A stretch of DNA of 64,000 nucleotides. Origin: Puniceibacterium sp. GTDB taxonomy: Bacteria; Pseudomonadota; Alphaproteobacteria; Rhodobacterales; Rhodobacteraceae. Positions 1-9,579 of the stretch are shown here, piece after piece (positions within the stretch are counted from its first letter, which is position 1; each line of letters begins with the position of its first letter). The translations under genes and the position numbers were made by a program. The notes under the pieces were generated by a model. The model ran no database searches and was not told where the DNA came from. It saw nothing but the letters and a program-made list of their open reading frames with translations. Location: NCBI GenBank assembly GCA_024636635.1, contig JAGXGV010000030.1, positions 186 to 64,185 on the forward strand, written 5' to 3'.

Positions 1-35
1 ATTCTGGTGGCGCACCTGGATTGAGGAAATTTGCC

Positions 36-512
36 ATGACACATATCGCGTTCGCGCGGCTGATACCCTTCGGCCTTCTGAGCCTTGTTCTGTGGCTGTC
101 TCTGACGCTGCCGCTGCCAGCGGCGGAACAATGGGTGCAGCGGGGTCGCGTGCTGGTCGTGGGCACCGATCATGGCGGGCTGCTTGGCGCCAGGGCGGCC
201 CAGGTCGAGCAGTTGCGGCGGGAAGGGCGGCGGGTCGAAATCCGGGGAAAGTTCTGCCTGTCCTCCTGCACCATGTTTCTGGGCGCGGGCGACGTCTGTG
301 TCAGTCCGCGCACCGTCTTCGGGTTCCACGGCCCAAGCTACTATGGCAGACCCCTGCCAGCCGAACAGTTCGATTACTGGTCGGGCGTGATGTCGAACAA
401 TTATGTGCCCGTGCTGCGCGCGACCTTCATGTCGACCTGGCGCTATCGCATCGATGGCTACATCAGGCTGACCGGGATGGATCTGATCCGCATGGGTTAC
501 CGTGCCTGCTGA
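36..512 (+). CDS. Secreted hypothetical protein, probable ClpP/crotonase-like fold
   Basis: Signal peptide; DHGG...VEIRGKFCLSSCT...FGFHGP pattern resembles periplasmic ClpP-like proteins. ATG at 36 preferred over TTG at 21. Confidence 0.6.
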   Translation: MTHIAFARLIPFGLLSLVLWLSLTLPLPAAEQWVQRGRVLVVGTDHGGLLGARAAQVEQLRREGRRVEIRGKFCLSSCTMFLGAGDVCVSPRTVFGFHGPSYYGRPLPAEQFDYWSGVMSNNYVPVLRATFMSTWRYRIDGYIRLTGMDLIRMGYRAC

Positions 513-539
513 GCCGCGCCGTATGTGCGCCCCGGTACA

Positions 540-790
540 CCTGGAAAGCAGATGCCATGATTCCGCGCCTGAGCGAGCGCACCATGGAGATTTCAAAATC
601 CTCAGTTCCGCGGTCGGTTTCGACAGAGGCACCGGCGCAAGAGATCACGTAGGCGCGCAAACAGGCGACGAGTTCACCAGGATCGGCTCTGATCTGAACC
701 GTCTGGCCCGAACCGTTATTGCCGGTGTGACGACAATGCCCCTCACCGTGATCCGGCACCTGTCGGCCTGCCTCGTCCAGCAAGCCCAGC
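540..790 (-). pseudogene. Degraded remnant of a second DUF1194 (vWA) gene, C-terminal part
   Basis: ITVRGIVV in one frame and ELVACLRAYVISCAGASVETDRGTEDFEISMVRSLRRGI in another align with VTVNGLAV...QDYFEDEVRHGPGAFVEISEGYAGFRRAMTRKLLREI of the neighbouring gene. Boundaries approximate. Confidence 0.6.
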
Positions 791-803
791 AGCGCGCCGG
801 CCT

Positions 804-1508
804 TTATCCGCGCCGCCCGGTGCTGTCGTGCGCGCCGATGATCATGTCCGAAATCTCGCGCAGCAGCTTGCGTGTCATCGCGCGGCGGAAGCCGGCATAG
901 CCTTCGGAGATCTCGACAAAAGCGCCGGGACCGTGGCGCACCTCGTCCTCGAAGTAATCCTGCACCTGCGGATCGGCGCCCAGAACCGCCAGCCCGTTCA
1001 CGGTTACCCCATCGAAATCGAAATGCCTGTAGGCGAGTTCCGGGCCGAAGCCGTCGTTGGTGATGCCGTCGCCCGAGACGTCGATGACGCGACGGGTGCA
1101 GGGGGGCGCCCGTTCCAGCAGGGTGGCGCCATACCCGAGGGCAAACCCCATGGCGGTGGGAAAACGCGTTTCGCTGCGCGGAGCGGTGCGCAGGGTGGCG
1201 ACGGCGCCGTCAATGGCGTGATCGCTGTCAAGCTGGGTCCAGCCGAGCACGGTCTGCGACTGCTGTCGCCCGCTCCATTCATAGATCGCCAGCGCAACCG
1301 TGCCGGGGGCGCCGCGCAGGATGGCATGGCGGATGTCCGGATCGTCGAGCGCCGCAGCCAATCCCTGCTGTTGCAGAAGGTGTTCGCGCGCATCCACAGA
1401 AGAGGAGACGTCGAGGGCCAGTACCAGCGCCAGCCGACAGGGCGCGTTGCCCTGAGCGAGCGCAGGCCCGGCCCAGAGCAGCGTCAGTAAGCTGAGCGCG
1501 CGCAGCAT
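804..1508 (-). CDS. DUF1194 vWA-domain secreted protein
   Basis: Signal peptide MLRALSLL...ALAQ, MIDAS motif LDVSSS, IDVSGDG, RKLLREI. Start refined to ATG 1508. Confidence 0.9.
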   Translation of the reverse strand: MLRALSLLTLLWAGPALAQGNAPCRLALVLALDVSSSVDAREHLLQQQGLAAALDDPDIRHAILRGAPGTVALAIYEWSGRQQSQTVLGWTQLDSDHAIDGAVATLRTAPRSETRFPTAMGFALGYGATLLERAPPCTRRVIDVSGDGITNDGFGPELAYRHFDFDGVTVNGLAVLGADPQVQDYFEDEVRHGPGAFVEISEGYAGFRRAMTRKLLREISDMIIGAHDSTGRRG

Positions 1509-1516
1509 CGTGGTGC

Positions 1517-1951
1517 CTACCAGTGGCCGGTGTTTTCCATGCTCGACCAGGGTTCGGCGGGGGGAAGGGACCCGCCCTGCTGAAGCAATTCGACCGAAAC
1601 ATTGTCGGGCGAGCGGACAAAGGCCATGTGCCCGTCGCGCGGCGGGCGGTTGATCGTGACGCCCGCATCCTTCAGTTTCTGGCACATGTCGTAGATGTTT
1701 TCGACCGTATAGGCGAGGTGGCCGAAGTGGCGGCTGTCCGAGGGCAAGCCGTCGTCGCCGTCCCAGTTATAGGTCAGTTCGACATCGGCGGTGCCGTCGT
1801 CCTGATCGGGCGGGCAGAGAAAGACCAGCGTGAAGCGGCCGCCCTCGCTTTCCTTGCGCTGGCGTTCCTTGAGGCCCAGTAGTTCGAAAAAGGCGATGGT
1901 GGCGTCGAGGTCCTTGACCCGCAACATGGTGTGAAGATAGCGGATGGGCAT
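1517..1951 (-). CDS. gloA: Lactoylglutathione lyase (glyoxalase I, VOC family)
   Basis: YLHTMLRV, VELTYNWD, FGHLA, RPPRDGHMAFVRSPDNVSVEL. Confidence 0.92.
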   Translation of the reverse strand: MPIRYLHTMLRVKDLDATIAFFELLGLKERQRKESEGGRFTLVFLCPPDQDDGTADVELTYNWDGDDGLPSDSRHFGHLAYTVENIYDMCQKLKDAGVTINRPPRDGHMAFVRSPDNVSVELLQQGGSLPPAEPWSSMENTGHW

Positions 1952-2059
1952 GGGAAGCGTCCTGTTCCTTGTGATTTCAGTTGCAGCACAGATTAGACGC
2001 TTGTTTCGGAAAGTCGAGGGATCAGGGGATGGTGACGTGTGATGCGGCGGCGCGCGGAG

Positions 2060-3415
2060 TCAGAACCGCGAGCGCACACCAACCTGAACGCCGACCTCTT
2101 TGGTGTCGTAGATCGAGATGTTGGAATCCGTTCGGCGGGTGCGCAGCGTGAGGCTGGGCACAAAGCCGTAATAATCGAGCGTGTTCAGGATCAGCGTCAC
2201 ATCCGCCTCGAGCGTATCGTCGTTGCGTTCCCCCCCGGTGATGGCGTTGCGTGCGTGATGCTTGTGCCCGGCGGTCAGGCCGAATTCGATCCCGGTGTCG
2301 AGCAAGGGTCTGGCAAGGGCAAGGCGCAGTTCGATTTCGTGATCGGCATAGTCGAGATAGTCGGCCGAGGATGATCCTTCGGCATAGTTGTAGAAGGCAC
2401 TGAGCCTCTGGCCCTGCGGCAGCACCGTCACCAGCCCCGCCGAACCGCGCCAGGCATGGGCGTCGGGGCGGGCGTCATAGCCCTTCTGCGCCTCGCGCGC
2501 GGCGCGCAACTGGCCCTGCACCTTTGGCGTGAAGGCATAACGGAGCGAACCGCCGACGTTGAGGTTGGCATAGAGCGGATCGCCGCCATAATAGACCTTG
2601 CCCAAAGTCGCCTCGGCGCCCAGTATGAGACGGCCATTGCGCAGGCTCCAGGTCTGGTCGATGCCGGTGGTCAGGCTGGTCAGGGCGAAATCGCTGCCCT
2701 TTGCGTCCGGCGCGCGGTCCTTCGCCTCGTCCGAGAGGACAAAGCCGCGGTGATAGACCGACAGGCGCAGCAGGGTCTGGCGTGTCCCGCTTTCGGCCAG
2801 CTTGTAGGAGGTGGCAATGCCGCCGGAAATCTCGGTGCCCGAAAGGGCGCGCGCGGCGCCTTGCAATTCGAACACGAAGGGCAGGCCGGGCAGGGTGGTG
2901 GTCTCGCTTGATGAGCCGTTGTTGATGTTGGAACTGGGTGCAATGTTAAAGGAAAACTGGGTGGTCCAGGGGTTCTGGCTGCGGACATAGCGATAGTCGC
3001 GCGCGGCCATGCCCTTGTGAAAATCGCTGGGGGCGGCCTGCACCGCGCGGCGCAGCCAGAGTTGCGCCATGGTGCGGTTGCCCATGGACGAAAGTATCTG
3101 TGCATTGCTTACGGCGGCTGCGTAGCGCTGTTCGTCGCCTGCCGCCACGGCCCAGGCATGTTGTGCGGCTTTGCGCGCGACATCGAAGCGGGCCAGATCG
3201 CGGGCGGCGCGTGCGTGAATCATCAGCGCGTCAAAATCGTCGGGGTCCCGGTCAAGCAGGGCGGCCGAGAGGTCGAACGCCTCGGAGGCATAGCCGCCGT
3301 TGACCGCCTGCGCGGCCAGCCCCCGCATCTGTTCGGGGGTCAGCTGCATGTCGGGTGTCTGCGACGCCGCCGCAGAGACAAGGCAGATGCAGAGGGCCAG
3401 GGTCTTCCAAAACAT
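2060..3415 (-). CDS. Slam-family (DUF560) outer-membrane translocon: TPR N-terminus plus beta-barrel
   Basis: Signal peptide, TPR-like helices, FSFNIAPSSNINNG barrel start, amphipathic strands, C-terminal aromatic (VGVRSRF). Start refined to ATG 3415. Confidence 0.8.
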   Translation of the reverse strand: MFWKTLALCICLVSAAASQTPDMQLTPEQMRGLAAQAVNGGYASEAFDLSAALLDRDPDDFDALMIHARAARDLARFDVARKAAQHAWAVAAGDEQRYAAAVSNAQILSSMGNRTMAQLWLRRAVQAAPSDFHKGMAARDYRYVRSQNPWTTQFSFNIAPSSNINNGSSSETTTLPGLPFVFELQGAARALSGTEISGGIATSYKLAESGTRQTLLRLSVYHRGFVLSDEAKDRAPDAKGSDFALTSLTTGIDQTWSLRNGRLILGAEATLGKVYYGGDPLYANLNVGGSLRYAFTPKVQGQLRAAREAQKGYDARPDAHAWRGSAGLVTVLPQGQRLSAFYNYAEGSSSADYLDYADHEIELRLALARPLLDTGIEFGLTAGHKHHARNAITGGERNDDTLEADVTLILNTLDYYGFVPSLTLRTRRTDSNISIYDTKEVGVQVGVRSRF

Positions 3416-3550
3416 GGCGGATATCCTGTTCGTCGCCCGTAGGCGAGCTTTAAAGCCTGTTGCGTTCAATCGGAAACAAGGTGGGATCGAAACGCGGGTT
3501 CGAGCGAAAGCGACAGGCCGCGTTTTGAATCCAGTCAAACACAACACGCT

Positions 3551-4633
3551 CTAGCGTGTGACGATGAAGCCGCCGGTTTCGCGCACTGTGACACCGTCGG
3601 CCGTGGGATCGTCGCCCTCGACCACGATCACGCCGACGATCTCGCCTCCGGCGCCTGTGGTATGGTCGCCCGACATGATGGCATAGTAGTTGCCGGTCTC
3701 GAATTCTTCGCCTGCCACGGTCGAGAATACGTCGCCAGTCAACTCGCCGTTGCCGTCGGACGCGCCGGGCCCGACCTTGAAGATCAGCGTCGGCAGTCCG
3801 GTGAGGGTGGTGTCGTTGGCGTCGGCCAGCGCGTCGACATAGGTCTGTGTCAGATCGGTGCCGTCGGGGGCATATATGCGTCGGTCACGCACGTAGCCGC
3901 GCACCGCATCCGCACAGGAGACGCCGGTGCAAGTGCCGCTGAACCCGTCGAAGTCGATGTCCACCGTCATGTTGCCGGTGGCATATTGTGTGCCGCCGGC
4001 GCCATCGAAATCGCGGATCGCGCCGTAATCCCCGGAATAGGTTGCCTGACCTTCGGTGGGCAGCACGACCCCGTTGTTGCGCTGATAGACAAAGCCGCCA
4101 AAGCCGTAGCCGATGTAGTTGCCGGTCCGTACGATGGCGAATTCGCTGTTGCCCGAGTCACTGACCCCGTAAAGCGCGCGGTGGTCGAACTGACCGATGG
4201 GATTGTCGGTGAGAAAGTCGGGATGCGTGACCGGCGCTTCGTACAGCGCATAAGTGCCCAGCGATCCGGGTGCAGAGGAGCGGGCAAAGGCCACGCCGTC
4301 CGCCTGGCTGCCGTCAAAGGCCAGCCCGTCGACAAAGAACGTGTCGGTCGCGGAATCGCGCACGATGGAATTGGCGTATCCGTTGCCTTCCTCGGTGAAT
4401 GGCTCGGTGCGGAAGATGCCGTCGTTCGGGGTTGGATTGGCCGTCCCCGGCGGGAGGGTGCGATCACTTTCAATCGGCGTGCCGGTGTCGGGATCCGGGG
4501 TCGTGTCAGGATCCGGGGTCGCGTCGGGATCCGTCTCCTCGTTCGGGCGATCCAGCGGGTTGCTTCCGCCGCCCCCGCCGCCGCAGCCAGCGACAAGCGA
4601 AAGTGCAAGAACAAGTGTGACGATGCGATTCAT
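3551..4633 (-). CDS. Surface lipoprotein with TbpB-like C-terminal barrel (probable Slam cargo)
   Basis: Lipobox LVAG-C, poly-Gly and TPDPD linker, [20 protein letters not shown], terminal ETGGFIV. Confidence 0.8.
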   Translation of the reverse strand: MNRIVTLVLALSLVAGCGGGGGGSNPLDRPNEETDPDATPDPDTTPDPDTGTPIESDRTLPPGTANPTPNDGIFRTEPFTEEGNGYANSIVRDSATDTFFVDGLAFDGSQADGVAFARSSAPGSLGTYALYEAPVTHPDFLTDNPIGQFDHRALYGVSDSGNSEFAIVRTGNYIGYGFGGFVYQRNNGVVLPTEGQATYSGDYGAIRDFDGAGGTQYATGNMTVDIDFDGFSGTCTGVSCADAVRGYVRDRRIYAPDGTDLTQTYVDALADANDTTLTGLPTLIFKVGPGASDGNGELTGDVFSTVAGEEFETGNYYAIMSGDHTTGAGGEIVGVIVVEGDDPTADGVTVRETGGFIVTR

Positions 4634-4832
4634 GATGCTGCTGCCCCGGCATTTTTATATGTTTTGCGGCGAAATTCCGGCAGGGCCGGTTGAAAGTCAA
4701 TTCAAGATTACCAAAGGCTTGCCGGAAAGCCTGCAACTGAGGCGCTTTTGCCCACACCCGATCTGGTGGTTACTTGCGCCCGCCCGCCAAGATATGGTCG
4801 GGTTCGACTCATCTTGTGGGAAAGGAATCGCC

Positions 4833-5774
4833 ATGCCCCCGTCTTCGCCCGTTTCCTCGACGCTGACCGCTGGACAGCAGGCCGAAATCGATGCTCTGCG
4901 GGCGGACCCGCAGCCGACATTGCGCGCCACCGCGCCGGGGATGGAACGGCATCTCTATACGGCGATCCCCGTGCTTGACCACGGTTTTGTGCGGGTGATC
5001 GACTACATGGGTGACGACAGCGCCATCTGTCAGGCCGCCCGTGTCTCCTATGGCAAGGGGACCAAATCGGTGTCCAACGACGAAGGGCTGATCCGCTATC
5101 TCATGCGGCACTGGCATTCGACGCCCTTCGAGATGTGCGAGATCAAGCTGCATGTGAAATTGCCGGTCTTTGTCGCCCGCCAGTGGATCCGCCACCGCAC
5201 CGCCAATGTGAACGAATATTCGGCGCGGTATTCGATCCTTGACCGCGAATTCTACATCCCCGCGGCGGACGCGCTGAATGCGCAGTCGGTAGTCAACAAT
5301 CAGGGTCGGGGCGAGGCGCTGTCGGGCGAGGAAGCCGAGCGCGTGCTGCGCTATCTGCGCGACGATGCGATGCGGGCCTATGACCACTACGAAGAGATGA
5401 TCTCGACCGAGGGGCAGCAGGGTCTGGCACGGGAACTGGCGCGGATGAACCTGCCCGCTAACATCTACACGCAATGGTACTGGAAAGTGGACCTGCACAA
5501 CCTGCTGCATTTCCTGCGGCTGCGCGCCGACGCCCATGCACAATACGAGATACGGGTTTATGCGGACGCGATCTGTGATGTTGTCGCGGACTGGGTGCCT
5601 TTGGCCTACAAGGCGTTCGCCGATTACCGCATGGGGGGCGCGACACTGTCAGGCACAGCGCTCGACTGCGTGCGGCGCATGCTGAAGGGCGAGGATGTCA
5701 CGCAAGAAAGTTCCGGCATGAGCAAGGGCGAATGGCGGGAATTTGTCGGGGTGATCGGTCAGTCCCGCGACTGA
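4833..5774 (+). CDS. thyX: FAD-dependent thymidylate synthase
   Basis: [14 protein letters not shown] ThyX motif, [25 protein letters not shown] before ATG 4833. Confidence 0.97.
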   Translation: MPPSSPVSSTLTAGQQAEIDALRADPQPTLRATAPGMERHLYTAIPVLDHGFVRVIDYMGDDSAICQAARVSYGKGTKSVSNDEGLIRYLMRHWHSTPFEMCEIKLHVKLPVFVARQWIRHRTANVNEYSARYSILDREFYIPAADALNAQSVVNNQGRGEALSGEEAERVLRYLRDDAMRAYDHYEEMISTEGQQGLARELARMNLPANIYTQWYWKVDLHNLLHFLRLRADAHAQYEIRVYADAICDVVADWVPLAYKAFADYRMGGATLSGTALDCVRRMLKGEDVTQESSGMSKGEWREFVGVIGQSRD

Positions 5775-6045
5775 ACGCGCAACGGCTCTGCGCTGATGTG
5801 AAGACCGGCGGCTCAGAAGGCGGCGCAGAAAGTTGCATCCGCAGATTCCCAAACAAACCAGGTCCAGGATTTCCTGACATACAGCGGCAGCCTTTCGACG
5901 GCCCGTGAACGCGCGGAGGGCAATATTTCAGTCCGCGACCGCCTGGACGACGTTTTCGGCAGGACTCCGCCGGTTTCACGCTGCAATGCAGAAAGTTGGC
6001 GAAAGTGGCTGAATTGCAGCCACGATCCTGTGACCGCGCGGCACT

Positions 6046-6071
6046 GGAACCGTGAGCGTCGGATGCGCATT
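6046..6071 (+). promoter_or_regulatory. Candidate EcfG-type (general stress sigma) promoter
   Basis: GGAAC-N16-GCATT upstream of the OMP gene; imperfect -10. Confidence 0.45.
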
Positions 6072-6141
6072 TTCACAGTGTCACCGGCACACAACCGGTA
6101 CGTAAATAGAAGTTGTGAAATAGAAGTTAAGGACAGAGACC

Positions 6142-6735
6142 ATGAAACGCACTCTTACACTCTCCGCAGCGCTGCTGGGCACACTTGCGCTTCCCGCCTT
6201 TGCGGGCAGCCCCGAGCTTGGGTATTCCGAGCCCGCACCGATGGCACCGGCACCCGTCGTTGCACCGGTCGCCTCGCACGACTGGACCGGCCTCTCACTG
6301 GGTGGTCAGTTCGGGTATGGCCGGGTCGATACGGAAAATCCCGATCTTGATGCGGGCGACGCGCTGTACGGTGTGAAAGGCTACTACGATTACGACCTCG
6401 GCAACTATGTTGTCGGCGGTGGTCTTCAGTACGATGCTACCGACATCGATCTTGGTCCGGCGACCGTGGACGGAATCATGCGTGCCGGTGGCCGCGTCGG
6501 CGCCGATCTCGGCCGGACCATGGCCTATGGTACCGCGGGCTACGCAAAAGCCTTTACCGATAGCAGCAGCATCGGCGATTCGAACGGTTACTTTGCCGGT
6601 GTGGGCGTCGAAACCATGGTAAGCACAAACGTGTCGGTCGGTGGCGAAGTACTTTACCACAAATTCGACGATTTCGACACCGGGCTCGACGCGGATGCGA
6701 CGACTGCCAACATGTCGCTGAACTACCGCTTCTGA
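6142..6735 (+). CDS. Outer-membrane 8-stranded beta-barrel protein (Omp25/RopB-like)
   Basis: Signal peptide, Pro-rich linker, DWTG, AYGTAGYA, terminal NYRF. Confidence 0.9.
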   Translation: MKRTLTLSAALLGTLALPAFAGSPELGYSEPAPMAPAPVVAPVASHDWTGLSLGGQFGYGRVDTENPDLDAGDALYGVKGYYDYDLGNYVVGGGLQYDATDIDLGPATVDGIMRAGGRVGADLGRTMAYGTAGYAKAFTDSSSIGDSNGYFAGVGVETMVSTNVSVGGEVLYHKFDDFDTGLDADATTANMSLNYRF

Positions 6736-6758
6736 TCCGTTCCGGAACGGAAGGCTGT

Positions 6759-6788
6759 GCGCCCGGCCCCTCGGGGTCGGGCGTTTTG
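6759..6788 (+). terminator. Rho-independent terminator
   Basis: GCGCCCGGCCCC-TC-GGGGTCGGGCGT hairpin followed by a short T tract. Confidence 0.7.
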
Positions 6789-6943
6789 CTGTCTGCCGCG
6801 CCGGTCAGGTTTTCGCCCGGCAGCCATGGCGGAAGTCCCGAAACCAGAGACACACTGTTTCGGTTTGAATAGGTTTACTTGAGGTTTGACGCAGATACGC
6901 TCAAGGTCCTGACAGAATTGTCAAAATAATTCCGGGGGACCAT

Positions 6944-7276
6944 ATGCGTTTCAAGACATTGCTTGCCGCAGCTGCTGCCGCTTTCATGATTGGTCCAGGT
7001 GCCGCGCTGGCCTGGGGCGACATGTACATGGGGGATGCCACCAACAATCCGAATACCGACTTTCTTGTGCATACGTTCCCAACCTCGGCCAACTACTGCC
7101 CTGCGGGATTGCAGCCGGTCACCGTGGGCGGGCGCATCTGCTGCGGAACCCCCAACGCCGGTCCCTACATCAACCAGGCAGGCGGTCAGCGGGCGCATTA
7201 TCCCGTGCACAAGGTCTATCAGGACTCGCCGCGCTATTATGCGCCTGCCGGGGAAAAGGGTGTGGTCTACCGCTGA
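6944..7276 (+). CDS. Small secreted Cys-containing hypothetical protein
   Basis: Signal peptide ending ALA; NYCPAGLQPV...ICCG motif; RBS GGGGGA. Confidence 0.8.
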   Translation: MRFKTLLAAAAAAFMIGPGAALAWGDMYMGDATNNPNTDFLVHTFPTSANYCPAGLQPVTVGGRICCGTPNAGPYINQAGGQRAHYPVHKVYQDSPRYYAPAGEKGVVYR

Positions 7277-7350
7277 CCACCTCTGGCCCTTGGCAACCGG
7301 GGTGAGGCCGCGTATACGCGCGGCCTGACCACGAACGGGAGCCAGGGCAC

Positions 7351-8142
7351 ATGCAGGGCAGCGCAAACCTCAACATCATGATCAAGGCCGCCCGCAAGGC
7401 AGGCCGCTCTCTGGTCAAGGACTTCCGCGAGGTCGAGAACCTTCAGGTGTCTATGAAGGGTGCCGGTGATTTTGTGAGCAAGGCGGATTACGCCGCCGAA
7501 AAGATTCTGCGGGACGAACTGATGGGCGCGCGCCCCACCTATGGCTGGATGGCCGAGGAATCCCAGGAGGTCGCGGGACAGGACCCGACGCGCCGCTGGA
7601 TCGTCGATCCGCTGGACGGTACCACCAACTTTCTGCATGGCCTGCCGCACTGGGCGATTTCCATCGCACTGGAACACAAGGGACAGATCGTGTCCGGCGT
7701 CGTGTTCGACCCGGCCAAGGACGAGATGTTCTATGCCGAAAAGGGCGCGGGCGCCTGGCTGAACGATTCCAAGCGCCTGCGCGTGTCCGGACGCAGCCGT
7801 ATGATCGAGGCGGTTTTTGCCACCGGCGTGCCGTTTGCTGCCAAGAAGACCCTGCCGGCAACGCTGCGGGATCTGGCGCGGCTGATGCCGGAATGTGCCG
7901 GTGTACGGCGCTGGGGCGCTGCGGCGCTCGACCTCGCCTATGTGGCGGCGGGGCGGTATGACGGCTACTGGGAACGCGAGCTCAAGCTTTGGGACATCGC
8001 GGCGGGATCGCTGATCGCCCAGGAAGCCGGTGCGCTGCTTCAGGGCGTGCGCGAGGATCAGGACCCGCTGGCCAGCGGGGCGATCCTGTGCGCCAATGGC
8101 CAGCTTTTCGATCCGTTCGCAAGGCTCCTGCGCGAGGCCTGA
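7351..8142 (+). CDS. suhB: Inositol monophosphatase family protein SuhB
   Basis: WIVDPLDGTTNFLHG, WDIAAG. Confidence 0.95.
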   Translation: MQGSANLNIMIKAARKAGRSLVKDFREVENLQVSMKGAGDFVSKADYAAEKILRDELMGARPTYGWMAEESQEVAGQDPTRRWIVDPLDGTTNFLHGLPHWAISIALEHKGQIVSGVVFDPAKDEMFYAEKGAGAWLNDSKRLRVSGRSRMIEAVFATGVPFAAKKTLPATLRDLARLMPECAGVRRWGAAALDLAYVAAGRYDGYWERELKLWDIAAGSLIAQEAGALLQGVREDQDPLASGAILCANGQLFDPFARLLREA

Positions 8143-8175
8143 GCATCGGCAGGGCAGTCCGCCCGGGCCGCGACC

Positions 8176-8547
8176 TTAGTCGGCATCCGACGGGTGGTTC
8201 ACCCCGTCGTTCCAGGCGATCGGCTCGTGGTCGGCGGGATTGACCCCTTCGATTGCGCCCATGTTGATGCCGTATTGTGTCGGATCCGACCGCCGCCGGT
8301 GGTGGGTGTAGATGCCGCAGGCCGAACAGAAATAGTGTTCGGCTGTCCCGGTGTTCCATTTATAAAGCGTCAGCTTGTCGGCTCCGCGTACAACCTCGAC
8401 CGCGTCCAGCGGGGCCGAAACCACCCCTGCGCCGCGTCTGCGGCAGAATGAACAGTCGCAGCGGCGCGCGCCGGACAGACCTTCGGACAGGGTGACGCGC
8501 AGTTCGACGGCGCCGCAATGGCAGGAAACTTTTACGGGATCATTCAT
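8176..8547 (-). CDS. GFA/CENP-V family Zn-binding protein
   Basis: CHCG, CDCSFC, FCSACG. Start overlaps the rhomboid stop (ATGA). Confidence 0.9.
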   Translation of the reverse strand: MNDPVKVSCHCGAVELRVTLSEGLSGARRCDCSFCRRRGAGVVSAPLDAVEVVRGADKLTLYKWNTGTAEHYFCSACGIYTHHRRRSDPTQYGINMGAIEGVNPADHEPIAWNDGVNHPSDAD

Positions 8548-9290
8548 CGGCGGGGCCTTACCTTGGGGATGCGGGACGCGGTCAGCTGATACCGTGCCTC
8601 GGGGTGGGGCGGATGGCCGCGCGTGCGGCTCCAGTAGGCCGGCCCGCCACGGCGCAGCCAGACCGGCAGGGTGAGCGCGGCCCCGATGATGAACCCGCCG
8701 ACATGCGCCCAATAGGCGACGCCGCCTTCGTCCGCGACCGATCCGAAGCCGCCGTTCAGTTGCAACGCGAACCAGACGGCCAGAAGGATCCAGGCCGGGA
8801 TCGGCAGGATCTTGAAGAACACGATGAAAAAGATGAAGATATCGATGCGGGCCTTGGGGAACATCAGAAGATAGCCGCCCATGACCCCGGCGATCGCGCC
8901 CGAGGCACCAACCGTCGGCACCTGGGAAAACGGTGCGGTGACGTATTGCGCCAGTCCCGCGCCAAGGCCGCAGGCAAGGTAGAACGCCGCAAAGCCCGCA
9001 TGGCCCATCTCGTCCTCCATGTTGTCCCCGAAGACGTAGAGAAACAGCATGTTGCCCAGCAGGTGCATGATGCCGCCATGCAGAAACAGCGAACTGACGA
9101 AGCCGACCCAGCCGCTGCCGTCGCTGATTCTGGCCGGGATGAGCGCCCAGTCGTAGTAAAAGACGTAAAGCGCGCGCACGTCGCTGAACAGGGCATAATA
9201 GCTGACGAAGATCCCCACATTCACCAGAAGCAGCGCGTAGGTGACAAAGGGCGTCGTGCCAGACGGGTTGTGATCGCGGATCGGAAACAT
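8544..9290 (-). CDS. Rhomboid intramembrane serine protease
   Basis: HLLGNMLFL, GASG, AYWAHVGG. Start refined to 9290. Confidence 0.93.
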   Translation of the reverse strand: MFPIRDHNPSGTTPFVTYALLLVNVGIFVSYYALFSDVRALYVFYYDWALIPARISDGSGWVGFVSSLFLHGGIMHLLGNMLFLYVFGDNMEDEMGHAGFAAFYLACGLGAGLAQYVTAPFSQVPTVGASGAIAGVMGGYLLMFPKARIDIFIFFIVFFKILPIPAWILLAVWFALQLNGGFGSVADEGGVAYWAHVGGFIIGAALTLPVWLRRGGPAYWSRTRGHPPHPEARYQLTASRIPKVRPRR

Positions 9291-9579
9291 GTCCACGAGA
9301 TTGTCTGAATTCGCGCAGGCGTCAAGGCCGCGCACCCTCCCGGGGGATGCCGACCACGGACTGTGGCGCAACGGGTGTCACTTGAACGATCACGGCAGCG
9401 TGCCGCTCGAACGGTGTTTGGAACTATCGGTTGAAATCCGAAGACGCACAGTTCAGAGCGCGCTTTCCGGCGGTGGTGTCCTGCGGGAAAATACGCTAGT
9501 CTCAGGCAAGGATTTTGGTCGTATCACCCTGTCTTTCCGGACAGGCTGACCGGATCGATCGAATTGGCGGGGCCAGGCG

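Noticed and set aside
3416-3550. Possible structured RNA or riboswitch between the lipoprotein and Slam genes
   Set aside because: Some pairing potential (GCCTGT/ACAGGC) but no match to a riboswitch consensus I can recognise.
4485-4535. 18-bp coding repeats (TPDPD), also 12-bp repeats near 24990-25030
   Set aside because: Ordinary low-complexity protein linkers.
4254-4832. Long N-terminal extension of ThyX in the ORF track
   Set aside because: Largely overlaps the lipoprotein gene antisense; a good RBS and ATG exist at 4833.
6104-6128. Direct repeat AAATAGAAGTT x2 in the OMP leader
   Set aside because: Only two copies; most simply an A-rich translational enhancer, with no support for more.
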